A DNA stretch of 64,000 nucleotides, from assembly GCA_002718155.1 (NCBI GenBank), contig PBDS01000019.1:21227-85226 (forward strand), read 5' to 3'. Position 1 is the stretch's first letter. Each line of letters starts with the position of its first letter. Position numbers and translations under genes: made by a program. Below are positions 43,869-53,320 of the stretch, one piece after another. This DNA is from Pseudomonadota bacterium. Its GTDB lineage: Bacteria; Pseudomonadota; Gammaproteobacteria; Arenicellales; UBA868. The notes under the pieces were generated by a model. The model did no database searches. It saw only the letters and a program-made list of their open reading frames with translations, and had not been told where the DNA came from.

Positions 43869-45560
43869 GTGCCATCACTCGGGAGACACCCCATCAAGAA
43901 CTCCACCGCTCACGGACGCGACCTTTTTCTGTCACTGCTGGAACAGGAAGGGGTCACTCACATTTTCGGCAACCCGGGCACCACCGAGCTCGCGATCATG
44001 CACGCGCTCAACGACCACCCTGATCTGACCTACGTGCTTGGACTGCAGGAATCCATCGTCGTTGCCATGGCCGACGGTTTTGCCCGCGCCTCGGGCCGCC
44101 TGAGCGCCTGCAACGTACACGTCGCACCGGGCCTTGGCAATGCAATCGGATCGATCTACAACGCCAACCAGACCGGTTCACCGTTGATCATCACCGCAGG
44201 CCAGCAGGAGCAGGGCCACGGATTGACCGAGCCGCTGCTGTACGGACCGATGATCGAGATGGCACGCCCGGTGGTCAAATGGGCGCATGAGATCAACCGG
44301 CTCGAGGACATGCCGCGGGTGATTCACCGGGCGGCTAAGATCGCGACAACGCCGCCCACCGGACCGGTGTTCTTGTCTCTGCCGGGCGACATTCTCAACC
44401 AGCAGGCCGAGATCTCCCTCGGCACGCCAACCCGGGTGGACAGCGTCGGCCGGCCTTCGGATGCCGCACTCGAGGCGCTGATCCAGCGGATCTTCGCTGC
44501 CCAGTGCCCGGTGATCGTTGCTGGTGCCGAAGTGGTGGCCAGCGATGCTCAGACAGAGATCGCGGATCTCGCCGAAGTACTGGGAGTACCGGTCTATCAG
44601 CAGACCGTGCCAAGCGGTGCTCATTTCAGATCCCGGCATCCGGCCTTCATGGGCTGCCTCACCCGGGATCAGCAGAAGGTGCGCGATGCCCTTGAACCCT
44701 ACGACCTGATGCTCGCTGTCGGCTCGGACATTCTCCAGATGTCGGTCTGGAGTTCGATCGATCCCCTGCCCGGGCACCTCAGTGTGATTCAGATCGGCTT
44801 GCGGGACTGGGAGATGGGCAAGAACTATCCGGCGGAGATCGCAATCCGGCACGATGTCGGCGAGACGCTCCGGGCCCTGGTGCCATTGCTCCGCGAACGG
44901 GCAAACAGTAATCCAAAGACTCGGACTGACCGGTCGCTTGCCGACATCGAAGCGAACAACTGGTCGGCCAGACGCAAGAGTCGAGCGGCGAAGACCGCAA
45001 CTATGGCGGAGCGCACACCCATCGATCCGGAGTGGCTGATGATGACCATCAGCGAGACCATCGCCGAAGATACCATCGTCGTTGACGAAGGCCTGACCGC
45101 AGCCAAGACCCTGCTGGATTACCTGCCGCTGCAAGACCGGCACAGCTATTTCGGCATGGTCAGCGGCGGCATCGGCTGGGGAATCGCCGCGGCGGTCGGC
45201 ATCGGACTCGCCCAACCGGCCCGCCGTATCGTGGCCGTTATCGGTGACGGCAGTGCGCTGTACAGCCCGCAGGCACTCTGGACCGCAGCCCACCTGGCGG
45301 TACCGATCACCTTCATCATTCTCAACAACCGCGGTTACCGGATCCTCAAAGAACGCCTCTATGCTTTTCATGGTGATGACCGCTACATCGGCATGGATTT
45401 CAAAACGCCACCTATCGACATGGCGGGTCTCGCCCGATCGTTCGGTATGCCGGGAGAACAGGTCAGCGAACCCGGACGGTTCGCCGATAGCCTGAGCGAG
45501 GCGCTCGAGCGCGCCGGCCCTGCCCTGCTGGAAGTGATGGTCGAACCCGGGCCTGGCTGA
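43869..45560 (+). CDS. TPP-dependent enzyme, benzoylformate-decarboxylase / acetolactate-synthase-large-subunit-like
   Basis: GTG start (uncertain). GVTHIFGNPGTTEL N-terminal Pyr domain and the TPP motif IGDGSALYSPQALWTAAHLAVPITFIILNNRGY. Confidence 0.85.
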   Translation: MPSLGRHPIKNSTAHGRDLFLSLLEQEGVTHIFGNPGTTELAIMHALNDHPDLTYVLGLQESIVVAMADGFARASGRLSACNVHVAPGLGNAIGSIYNANQTGSPLIITAGQQEQGHGLTEPLLYGPMIEMARPVVKWAHEINRLEDMPRVIHRAAKIATTPPTGPVFLSLPGDILNQQAEISLGTPTRVDSVGRPSDAALEALIQRIFAAQCPVIVAGAEVVASDAQTEIADLAEVLGVPVYQQTVPSGAHFRSRHPAFMGCLTRDQQKVRDALEPYDLMLAVGSDILQMSVWSSIDPLPGHLSVIQIGLRDWEMGKNYPAEIAIRHDVGETLRALVPLLRERANSNPKTRTDRSLADIEANNWSARRKSRAAKTATMAERTPIDPEWLMMTISETIAEDTIVVDEGLTAAKTLLDYLPLQDRHSYFGMVSGGIGWGIAAAVGIGLAQPARRIVAVIGDGSALYSPQALWTAAHLAVPITFIILNNRGYRILKERLYAFHGDDRYIGMDFKTPPIDMAGLARSFGMPGEQVSEPGRFADSLSEALERAGPALLEVMVEPGPG

Positions 45561-45610
45561 CAACACTCAAGGCCCCAACCCTAAGAAGGATTCGAACGGG
45601 GAAAGTACGC

Positions 45611-46906
45611 CTAGGTCGCGATCAGAGGATCCAGACCCCAGTCGAACAGTGCCTCACCTCCGTCGGGGGTCACCCGGATCACCTCCTCAAGCCAGATACG
45701 GTGATGTTCGTCTCCGGGGTAGAGAATGTGCAGCGGCACCACCATGTTGTCCTCGAGCCGCCAGTCGACGTTGGGCTCGCCATCTGACGTGTACTGCTCC
45801 AGGTCCATATGACTCAGGCCCAGACCATGGAAGAAGATCAGCACCGCATCAGCATCGGGCACGCCGACCTTTGAATAGACCGACCGGCCAATGCGCTGCA
45901 GTTCGCTGATCCGGACACCCGGGCGCATGGCCTCGAGTACGGCAGCGGACGCCTCGGCCGTGGCTTCGGCGTAACGCCGGGCATCCCCCGCCGCTTCCCC
46001 GTCGACCACCCAGGTCTTGCCGCCGTCCCAGCAGTAAAGATCCAAGGTACCGTGGCAATCGAACATGATGTGCAGGCCGGGCTCGACGACGAAGTCCTCC
46101 AGTGCAGTCTGCAGTGTCACAGCACGGTCCCCGCCGCAGGGATGTCCCCAGACCATGGCTCCGGGGTCGCGGACGAAACCCCCGAGGTCGATCACGGTCC
46201 TGTGGTAGGCATGATTGAACTCGCGCCAGGTCATGCCGCGCTGCCACTGGCCAATAGTGGTGCAGATCGCCTGTTCGTTCAGCCGCGTGGCTCGCCTGAG
46301 CAACTCGATCTCTGCCGGCGTCTTGACACAGCGTGCATACATCATCGGGTCGTAGCCGTCGGTGATCGTCACGCTGTCCATTGCCAGCAAGTGCCCGAAA
46401 CGCAGGTCATCAAAGGCAACCCGACCCGAAGCGAGCCCAAGATCGGCCAGCGCCTGGCGGCAGGCCGCTCCAATCGTATCGGCATAATGGCCGCGGGCGT
46501 TCTTCACCCAGTCGATATTCAGACCAGGCTGGGGCAGGAAGCGATCAAGATCACACTCCCCCGGCGGCAGATCCAGAGGCAGCATCACGGCCCGGAACGA
46601 GCGGACATCTTTGATCCAGGTGGGCTGGTCGAGCAGGCTGGAGACGTAGTAGTCGGCCACCACCAGCACCGGGTGGTCGGGCTGGTGGCGCGACAGGATG
46701 ACCGCGTAAGGCCGTGGCTCGTCTGATTTATGGGCAATGCCCTTGAAGCCCGACAGGTAGAAGGTGTTGTACGGCGAAGTGACCACAATACCATCGAGAT
46801 CCCTCGCAGCCAGCGAGTCAACCAGTCGTCCCAGATTGCAGAACTGCTCGGGCAGTGGCTGCGGTGGGTAGGCCATCGCGCCGGTTTGGTCAGTGGCCAC
46901 TGTCAC
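45611..46906 (-). CDS. M24-family metallohydrolase (creatinase/Xaa-Pro-peptidase/ectoine-hydrolase-like)
   Basis: GTG 46906 lies 16 nt after the upstream stop. It has a creatinase-N-like start (LDGIVVTSPYNTFYLSGF) and a pita-bread C-terminal half (…FHGLGLSHMD…EEVIRVT). Confidence 0.75.
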   Translation of the reverse strand: MTVATDQTGAMAYPPQPLPEQFCNLGRLVDSLAARDLDGIVVTSPYNTFYLSGFKGIAHKSDEPRPYAVILSRHQPDHPVLVVADYYVSSLLDQPTWIKDVRSFRAVMLPLDLPPGECDLDRFLPQPGLNIDWVKNARGHYADTIGAACRQALADLGLASGRVAFDDLRFGHLLAMDSVTITDGYDPMMYARCVKTPAEIELLRRATRLNEQAICTTIGQWQRGMTWREFNHAYHRTVIDLGGFVRDPGAMVWGHPCGGDRAVTLQTALEDFVVEPGLHIMFDCHGTLDLYCWDGGKTWVVDGEAAGDARRYAEATAEASAAVLEAMRPGVRISELQRIGRSVYSKVGVPDADAVLIFFHGLGLSHMDLEQYTSDGEPNVDWRLEDNMVVPLHILYPGDEHHRIWLEEVIRVTPDGGEALFDWGLDPLIAT

Positions 46907-46922
46907 GCCAGGCGCACCCCAC

Positions 46923-47168
46923 TCAGCCTCCGGCTATGCGCGGCATCAGGTGCACTTCACTGTCGGGCTGAATTCTGGCGAACCAGTCATCCTGGTGCAC
47001 TGTGCCGTCTATGGATATAGCCAGCTCGTCCTCCAGGCTTTCGGGCAGATCGGGGTAGCGTTCACGAAGTTTGCGGATCAGGCTCCGGATCGTGCCGGCA
47101 TTCAGTTCCAGTTCAGTCTCGCCACCGGTGTACAGCCGCAGGTTTCCGGTGAGCACGATCTTTGCCAT
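46923..47168 (-). CDS. MoaD/ThiS-family ubiquitin-like small protein ending in Gly-Gly
   Basis: Track ORF 46923..47333 trimmed to ATG 47168. The 81-aa product is MAKIVLTGNLRLYTGGETELELNAGTIRSLIRKL...DSEVHLMPRIAGG-stop. It shows a beta-grasp-like pattern and C-terminal GG, as in MoaD (…EVAFFPPVTGG). Confidence 0.7.
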   Translation of the reverse strand: MAKIVLTGNLRLYTGGETELELNAGTIRSLIRKLRERYPDLPESLEDELAISIDGTVHQDDWFARIQPDSEVHLMPRIAGG

Positions 47169-47190
47169 GTAAGGGGCGGACCCGGTTGGC

Positions 47191-49503
47191 TTAACCCGCC
47201 TGCTCGATGGCAGCCAGTACCCGTGGCGGAGACATCGGCAGCTCCGTGAAACGGATGCCCAGAGCGTTCTCGACCGCATTGGAGATCGCCGCCAGCGGCG
47301 GGACGATGGGCGTCTCACCCACCCCCCGTACACCGTAGGGATGTTCAGGATTGGGAACCTCGACGATCACGGTATCGATCATCGGCACATCCGAACAGAC
47401 CGGCACGCGGTAGTCCAGAAACCCTGCGTTTTCGATCTTACCTTTCTCGTCGTAGATGTACTCCTCGTTCAGTGCCCAACCGATGCCCTGCACGGCGCCA
47501 CCCTGGTACTGCCCTTCCACATAGCCCGGATGGATCGCCTTGCCGGCGTCCTGTACGACGGTGTAGCGGGTGACGCTGACCCGGCCGGTTTCCCGGTCCA
47601 CATCAACGTCCACCACGTGGGTGCCGAAACTGGGGCCGGCCCCCTGGGCATTGGTCGAATGCCGTCCGACTATCGGACCACCGGACTTGGCCATGTCCTT
47701 GGCGATCTCGGCCATCGACATCGGTGCTTCGCTGCCGGCTCGACCGTTGGCCGGCCGGGCCTCGCCTTCGATCCACTCCACGTCATCGAGAGGAAGATCC
47801 CAGGTCAGGGCGGCCCGCTCGCACAACTGCCTGATCAGGTCTTCAGCGGCACCGACAACGGCAATACCCCCGGCAAAGGTCACACGACTGCCGCCGGTCA
47901 GCATGTTATAGCCCAGTGCACTGGTGTCCCCGACCAGCGGCCTGACCTTATCCAACTCGATGCCCAGCGTTTCAGCGGTCATCATCGCCAACGATGCACG
48001 GGATCCCCCGATGTCCGGAGTGCCCACCACCAGGGCCACCGAACCGTCTTCACTCAAATTGAGTGTCGCCGAGGTCTGACCACCAATGTTGAACCAGTAG
48101 CCGGTCGCCACCCCGCGCCCCTGGCCGGAACCAAGCGGTGTCTGATAGTGGTCATGGTCACGGGCAGCTTCCAGCGTCTGGATACAACCGATGGGTCCGA
48201 ATTTCGGACCGTAAGACGAGTCGACACCTTCACGGACTGCGTTCAGCAGACGAAATTCAATCGGATCCAGCTCCAGCGCCTTGGCCAGTTCATCGATCAC
48301 CGACTCGACAGCGTACTCACCGAGCGGCGCACCGGGTGCACGGTAGGCCGCCACCTTGGGCCGGTTGACCAGCACGTCGTAGCCGACACTGCGAACGTGC
48401 TCGAGGTCGTAGGGGGCAAACGCGCACATGGCAGCTGCCGGTACAGGAGAGCCGGCAAACGCGCCAGCCTGGAACTTCAGCGTGGCGTCACCAGCGGTAA
48501 TCTTGCCCTCGCGAGTGGCACCGATTCTTACCTGCATGCTGGTCCCGCAGGCCGGACCGGAGGCGCGGAAGACCTCGTCACGGGTCATGACCATCTTGAC
48601 CGGCTGGCACGCCTTGCGCGACAGGGCCAATGCCACCGGCTCCAGGTAGACGACCGTCTTGCCGCCGAACCCGCCACCGATCTCGGAACTGGTGACCCGC
48701 AGCTTGGAGACATCCATGCCAAGCAGCGTCGCACAGTGACCCCGCGCAACATAGTGACCCTGGGTCGAACACCACAGATCGGCCTGGCCGTCTTCGCTGA
48801 AACTCGCAAGGCAGGCGTGCGGTTCGATGTAACCCTGGTGTACCGGCCGGGTCTTGAATTCACGCTCGATGACAACCTGCGCCTGGCTGAAGCCTGTCTC
48901 GATATCACCGTGGCCGAACTCCACCCGTTTGGCGATGTTCGATGGTTTCTCTGGTGCAGGATCCATGCCTTCGGTAATCAGGTCCTCCTGGATCAAAGGC
49001 GCATCTGCACCCATCGCCTCGTCAACATCGATGACATGCGGCAGAACCTCGTAATCGACCTTGATCAGAGTCAGAGCCTGGCCTGCGACCCGGTCACTGA
49101 CAGCAGCCACAGCTGCGACGGCATGCCCTTCATAGAGCGCTTTTTCCCGGGCCATGATATTCCGGGTCATGTCGCGGTAATTGATGATCATCTCTCCCGC
49201 AGGCTGGACAGCACCGGCAGGCTGGTCGGGGAAATCGTCGCGCGTCACGACCGCTTTAACACCCGGCAATGCCAGGGCCGCTGAAGGGTCGATCGACAGG
49301 ATCCGTGCGTGCGCGTGGGGGCTGCGCAACACCTTGCCGATCAGCATGTTCGGCAGGTGTGTATCAGCGCCGAACTTGGCACGACCGGTCACCTTGTCTA
49401 CGCCATCGGGACGTGGCGCCCGGGTACCGACCCATTTCAGCGCTTTGCTGTCGGTTGTCTTGTCATCGATTCTGTTTTCGATGATCTTCTCGACTGCTGC
49501 CAT
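47191..49503 (-). CDS. Molybdopterin-binding large subunit of a xanthine-dehydrogenase/aldehyde-oxidase-family hydroxylase (CoxL-like)
   Basis: 770 aa. The N-terminal a/b-hammerhead region is GRAKFGADTHLPNMLIGKVLRSPHAHARI, and the active-site loop reads VAAYRAPGAP. Confidence 0.9.
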   Translation of the reverse strand: MAAVEKIIENRIDDKTTDSKALKWVGTRAPRPDGVDKVTGRAKFGADTHLPNMLIGKVLRSPHAHARILSIDPSAALALPGVKAVVTRDDFPDQPAGAVQPAGEMIINYRDMTRNIMAREKALYEGHAVAAVAAVSDRVAGQALTLIKVDYEVLPHVIDVDEAMGADAPLIQEDLITEGMDPAPEKPSNIAKRVEFGHGDIETGFSQAQVVIEREFKTRPVHQGYIEPHACLASFSEDGQADLWCSTQGHYVARGHCATLLGMDVSKLRVTSSEIGGGFGGKTVVYLEPVALALSRKACQPVKMVMTRDEVFRASGPACGTSMQVRIGATREGKITAGDATLKFQAGAFAGSPVPAAAMCAFAPYDLEHVRSVGYDVLVNRPKVAAYRAPGAPLGEYAVESVIDELAKALELDPIEFRLLNAVREGVDSSYGPKFGPIGCIQTLEAARDHDHYQTPLGSGQGRGVATGYWFNIGGQTSATLNLSEDGSVALVVGTPDIGGSRASLAMMTAETLGIELDKVRPLVGDTSALGYNMLTGGSRVTFAGGIAVVGAAEDLIRQLCERAALTWDLPLDDVEWIEGEARPANGRAGSEAPMSMAEIAKDMAKSGGPIVGRHSTNAQGAGPSFGTHVVDVDVDRETGRVSVTRYTVVQDAGKAIHPGYVEGQYQGGAVQGIGWALNEEYIYDEKGKIENAGFLDYRVPVCSDVPMIDTVIVEVPNPEHPYGVRGVGETPIVPPLAAISNAVENALGIRFTELPMSPPRVLAAIEQAG

Positions 49504-49506
49504 GAT

Positions 49507-49980
49507 TTACTCCCTCATTTCCGCGGCGGTGTCCAGTACAGCCCGCACGATCTTGTCATATCCGGTACAGCGGCACAGATTCCCGGCCAGCCAGTAGCGC
49601 ACTTCGGATTCAGTGGGATCGGGATTGCGCTCCAGTAATGATTTCGCTGCGACCAGAAACCCCGGCGTACACACCCCGCACTGCAGCGCGGCGTGATCCA
49701 GAAACTTCTGCTGCAGTGGATGCAACCGGTCGCCATCGGCCATACCTTCGATAGTCTCGACCTCGGCACCTTGGGTCTCTACAGCCAAGACCAGGCAGGC
49801 GCAGACCAGCCGCCCATCCATCGTGACACTGCACGCACCGCAATCGCCAGACGCGCAGCCTTCCTTGCTGCCGGTCAGATGAAGCTCGTCTCGCAGCACA
49901 TCCAGAAGGGTCTGTTCGGTATCACACAGAAACTCGACCGGGTCCCCGTTGATGGTAGTAGTAACGTGATTCCTTGCCAT
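49507..49980 (-). CDS. [2Fe-2S]-binding small subunit (CoxS-like)
   Basis: Plant-type cluster CASGDCGACSV...C, and second cluster QCGVCTPG...CRCTGY. Confidence 0.9.
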   Translation of the reverse strand: MARNHVTTTINGDPVEFLCDTEQTLLDVLRDELHLTGSKEGCASGDCGACSVTMDGRLVCACLVLAVETQGAEVETIEGMADGDRLHPLQQKFLDHAALQCGVCTPGFLVAAKSLLERNPDPTESEVRYWLAGNLCRCTGYDKIVRAVLDTAAEMRE

Positions 49981-50843
49981 CAGTGCTCCCCCGCCCGTTC
50001 CAGGGCAATTCGACAGGCCCTGCCCGCCAGCACGCCGGAGACCTGGGTCCGGTAAGCGATCGTGCCGCGCTTGTCATCGATCGGCCGGCAGGCGGCCCGC
50101 ACGGCCTGTTGCATTTTTTCCACCGCGCCCTCATCCACCGCTGTCCCGACCAGTGCGTCTGCAGCTTCGGTCACCAGCAGGGCCGTTGCCGCGACGGCAC
50201 CCAGCCCGACGCGTGCAGCGATACACTGTCCTGCGCCGTCCAGTGTCAAGCTGACCCCGACTCCCACTACCGCAATGTCCATCTCGGTACGCGGGATGAA
50301 GCGCAGGTAGGCGTCGCCGGAGTGCGGCGGTCTGGCCGGCAGTATCAGTGAGACGACGAATTCTCCGGTGCCCAGAATCGTCTTGCCGGGCCCGGTGCAG
50401 ATCGACTCCACCGGTACCGTGCGCTCACCATCGGGACCTGCAATCTGGCAGGTCGCAGCGGCGGCGATCAGCGCCGGAACACTGTCCGCAGCCGGCGAGG
50501 CATTGCACAGGTTACCGCCCATCGTGGCCCGGCCCTGGACCTGGGTCGACCCGATCAGTTCTGCGGCTTCGACCACGCCGGGCCAGTTCTTCTTCAGGTC
50601 GGGGTGCTCATCGAGCTCGGCACCGGTGACCGCAGCACCGACCCGGAAACCACCGTCCTGGGCCGTGACCTGGCGGGTCTGGCTGATCTTCTTGATGTCG
50701 ACCACGACATCCGGTTCCACCAACCCGGCGCGCAACTGCACGAGTAGATCGGTTCCACCGGCAAGAATCCTGGCCGATCCGTTTGCGGCCGCCAGCAACG
50801 CCACGGCCGCATCGACCGTTTCAGGCACTTCGTAACGCATCAC
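49980..50843 (-). CDS. FAD-binding medium subunit (CoxM-like)
   Basis: MMRYEVPETVDAAVALL...ARILAGGTDLLVQLR matches the FAD-binding domain of molybdopterin dehydrogenases. Its stop overlaps the next start by 1 nt (49980). Confidence 0.9.
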   Translation of the reverse strand: MMRYEVPETVDAAVALLAAANGSARILAGGTDLLVQLRAGLVEPDVVVDIKKISQTRQVTAQDGGFRVGAAVTGAELDEHPDLKKNWPGVVEAAELIGSTQVQGRATMGGNLCNASPAADSVPALIAAAATCQIAGPDGERTVPVESICTGPGKTILGTGEFVVSLILPARPPHSGDAYLRFIPRTEMDIAVVGVGVSLTLDGAGQCIAARVGLGAVAATALLVTEAADALVGTAVDEGAVEKMQQAVRAACRPIDDKRGTIAYRTQVSGVLAGRACRIALERAGEH

Positions 50844-50986
50844 TGCTCATCCTTTGAGTTATCCATCAGTCACTTTCAAGCAACTGGCCCCAGCCTATTG
50901 TAACGATCCCACGAGGTCCAAGTACACGACAGAACCCAATGCCGGCGGTCAAGCCCCTGACAGCAGTGCCACCTGGCGGCCGAAAC

Positions 50987-51024
50987 TGGTCGTACCATCG
51001 CAGACAGGGCCTTGTGGTCTACCA
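50987..51024. promoter_or_regulatory. Two TGGT-N(2-3)-ACCA inverted repeats (GntR-type operator-like) in a divergent promoter region
   Basis: tggtcgtacca at 50987-50997 and tggtctacca at 51015-51024, in the 306-nt spacer between the CoxM-like gene (-) and an alpha/beta hydrolase gene (+). Confidence 0.4.
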
Positions 51025-51149
51025 GGCGCGAGACCGATAATTAAGTCCTCCACGCGAGCCACCCGGCAACCGTAACGATGACCAGTTGGATTTAAGGTGT
51101 ACACGATCTTTAACACGAAGCTCAATGCTTCAAGGAACAGCCCCCTGCC

Positions 51150-51962
51150 ATGCCCCAGCTACAACTGAATCCAGACGAAGGACTCTACTACGAGCACGAT
51201 CTGCCGCAGCGCGAAGGCGCTCCGACATTTGTGTTTATCAACCCGATCACCGGCAGTGTCGACATCTGGCAGGGCGAGGTGGCTCCGTTCCTGCGCGACG
51301 CTGGTTACGGCACGCTGTCCTACAACTTCAGAGGACAGGCCGACAGCTCATTCAGGCCAGGCACTGCTTTGGATGATGATCTGATTTCCAGTGACCTCAG
51401 GCACATCGTCAAAACACTGGAGATCGACAAGCCCATTCTGGTCGGCCTTTCCATTGGCGGCCTGTTCGCCCTGCAGGCACACCTGGGCGGCACGCAAGCC
51501 GCAGGAATCGTGCTGCTCAACACCCTGAGAAAGATCGGGCCCCGCATCGCCTGGATCAACGATGCGGTGGTTCGGGCGATGGATGTCGGCGGGCCGCAGT
51601 TGATGGCCGACGTGATGACACCGTTGGTCTGGGGACCGGAATGGCTGGCCGCCAATCGCGCCAGCTTTATTCAGGAAGACACCACTTACACCCCGTTGGA
51701 CCAGAGCAGCGGTGCCTACAACCTGCTCAGTCACATGGGCGGCGCCGACTGGGACGTCCGTTATGAAGACATCCACTGCCCGGTACTGGTCATCATGGGT
51801 CTGCAGGACCGAGTGTTCTACGATGCAGAAATCGTCGATGAACTGATGCAGCGCATCCCCCGGGCCCGACGGGTCGACTTCCCTGGTGCAGGCCATATGC
51901 TGCCGCTGGAAGTGCCCACCCAACTGAGTCGGGAGCTCAAGCAGTTTGCGGATGACCTGTGA
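51150..51962 (+). CDS. Alpha/beta-fold hydrolase
   Basis: 270 aa with elbow GLSIGG and C-terminal GAGHMLPLE. Confidence 0.85.
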   Translation: MPQLQLNPDEGLYYEHDLPQREGAPTFVFINPITGSVDIWQGEVAPFLRDAGYGTLSYNFRGQADSSFRPGTALDDDLISSDLRHIVKTLEIDKPILVGLSIGGLFALQAHLGGTQAAGIVLLNTLRKIGPRIAWINDAVVRAMDVGGPQLMADVMTPLVWGPEWLAANRASFIQEDTTYTPLDQSSGAYNLLSHMGGADWDVRYEDIHCPVLVIMGLQDRVFYDAEIVDELMQRIPRARRVDFPGAGHMLPLEVPTQLSRELKQFADDL

Positions 51963-52008
51963 TCCAACCGCCCAGACCCGCACCCGCCCCAAGGCCTGAC
52001 GGCGACGC

Positions 52009-53313
52009 TTGCCTGTGTTGAACCCGCTGCGGTCTTTGATCTTCCGCGTCTTGAGCCGGCGCATGTTCTACGGCTGGGTGATTCTGGCTGCGACCTGTTT
52101 TGCAATGATTGGTACCGGCCCTGGCCAGTCCCACCTGATCGGGCTTTATTTCGAATCGATCAGCGCAGAGATGACGTTTTCCTTTGCCGCTGACTGGATG
52201 GGCGAAAACCGACAGATCGCCATTGCTATCGCCTACGGCAGCGCGACATTTCTCGCCGCATTTCTGCTGCCGCAGATCGGTAGGCTGATCGATCGCTATG
52301 GCCCGGCGATCGTGCTGTCGTTTGTTATCGCCGGCCTGAGCGTTACTGCGCTGGTGTTCAGCCTGGTCCGCGACTGGCTGGCGGTGGCCATCGGTTTCGG
52401 TTTCCTCCGCTTCCTGGGGCAGGGCTCGCTGATGCTGGCTTCGGTCAACATGGTCTCTCAGTGGTTCGACCGGCGCCGCGGGTTCGCCCTGGGCATCATG
52501 TCACTCGGCTTTCCGCTGTCGATGGCAATTCACCCACCGCTTTGCCAGTGGCTCATGGACCTGGTCGGCTGGCGGTCATCCTGGATCTGGCTGGGTGTCA
52601 GTACGGTAGTGCTGTTCCTGCCCGCTGTGCTGCTACTGGCGCACAGCAAGCCTGAGGTGCTGGGGTTACGGCCTGACGGTATCCCGCAAAAGGCCACTGA
52701 CGAGCCGCAGGCCGAGGTCTGGGGGCTGAACCGGGCCGAGGCCCTGCGGTCCCCGACCTTCTATATCATCACCGCCGGCCTGACCTCTCTTTCGATGCTG
52801 GTCACGACCCTACACGTCTATTTCAAGACCATCCTGACTGACCACGGACTGGACGCGCAGACAGCGACCCTGATGTTCACCGTCACCGGGATCACCGCGG
52901 CTGTCTCTATGCCGATCGTCGGCCATATGCTGGACAAATTCCGTACTGATTGGATGTTCTGCGGCGGTCTGCTGGTCATGGTCGCCTCGCTGACCTCGGT
53001 GACACTGGTCACCGACGTGCCCAGCGCTATCGTCTTCGCCATCATCTTCGGCATCAACAACGGCGTCACCATGACCTTTTTCGGTTTCCTGTGGCCGAGA
53101 TTTTTCGGCCGCAAACACCTTGGCAGCATCCAGGGTATCGGTCAGATGGTCGGCATCGTCGGGGCTTCGATCGGCGCGCTTCCTTACGCTATCGCCTCCG
53201 ACATCAACTGGGACATCGATTTCGCACTCAGGATGTTTGCCATTCTGCCGCTGGTGTGTGCCGGGATCGCACTTTTCCTTCGTGATCCTGCTGGGTCTCC
53301 AGCCAGGCGCTGA
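52009..53313 (+). CDS. MFS transporter (oxalate/formate-antiporter-like)
   Basis: About 12 hydrophobic segments. The start is uncertain (TTG 52009 through ATG 52063, which would give MFYGWVILAATCF...). Confidence 0.8.
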   Translation: MPVLNPLRSLIFRVLSRRMFYGWVILAATCFAMIGTGPGQSHLIGLYFESISAEMTFSFAADWMGENRQIAIAIAYGSATFLAAFLLPQIGRLIDRYGPAIVLSFVIAGLSVTALVFSLVRDWLAVAIGFGFLRFLGQGSLMLASVNMVSQWFDRRRGFALGIMSLGFPLSMAIHPPLCQWLMDLVGWRSSWIWLGVSTVVLFLPAVLLLAHSKPEVLGLRPDGIPQKATDEPQAEVWGLNRAEALRSPTFYIITAGLTSLSMLVTTLHVYFKTILTDHGLDAQTATLMFTVTGITAAVSMPIVGHMLDKFRTDWMFCGGLLVMVASLTSVTLVTDVPSAIVFAIIFGINNGVTMTFFGFLWPRFFGRKHLGSIQGIGQMVGIVGASIGALPYAIASDINWDIDFALRMFAILPLVCAGIALFLRDPAGSPARR

Positions 53314-53320
53314 GCCGTCG

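Noticed and set aside
45571-45605. tRNA-like T-loop string (ggattcgaac; the reverse complement contains gttcgaatcc) in the convergent spacer, considered as a possible tRNA fragment or att site.
   Set aside because: The flanking 5-mers do not pair to form a T-arm on either strand, and no acceptor, anticodon or D-arm can be drawn. It is most likely a chance match in a 50-nt spacer.
47191-50843. Calling the CoxMSL-like genes an aerobic carbon-monoxide dehydrogenase.
   Set aside because: The large-subunit active-site loop reads VAAYRAPGAP, not the AYxCSFR signature of form I CO dehydrogenase. No coxDEF-type accessory genes are present. I keep it as a generic xanthine-dehydrogenase-family hydroxylase.
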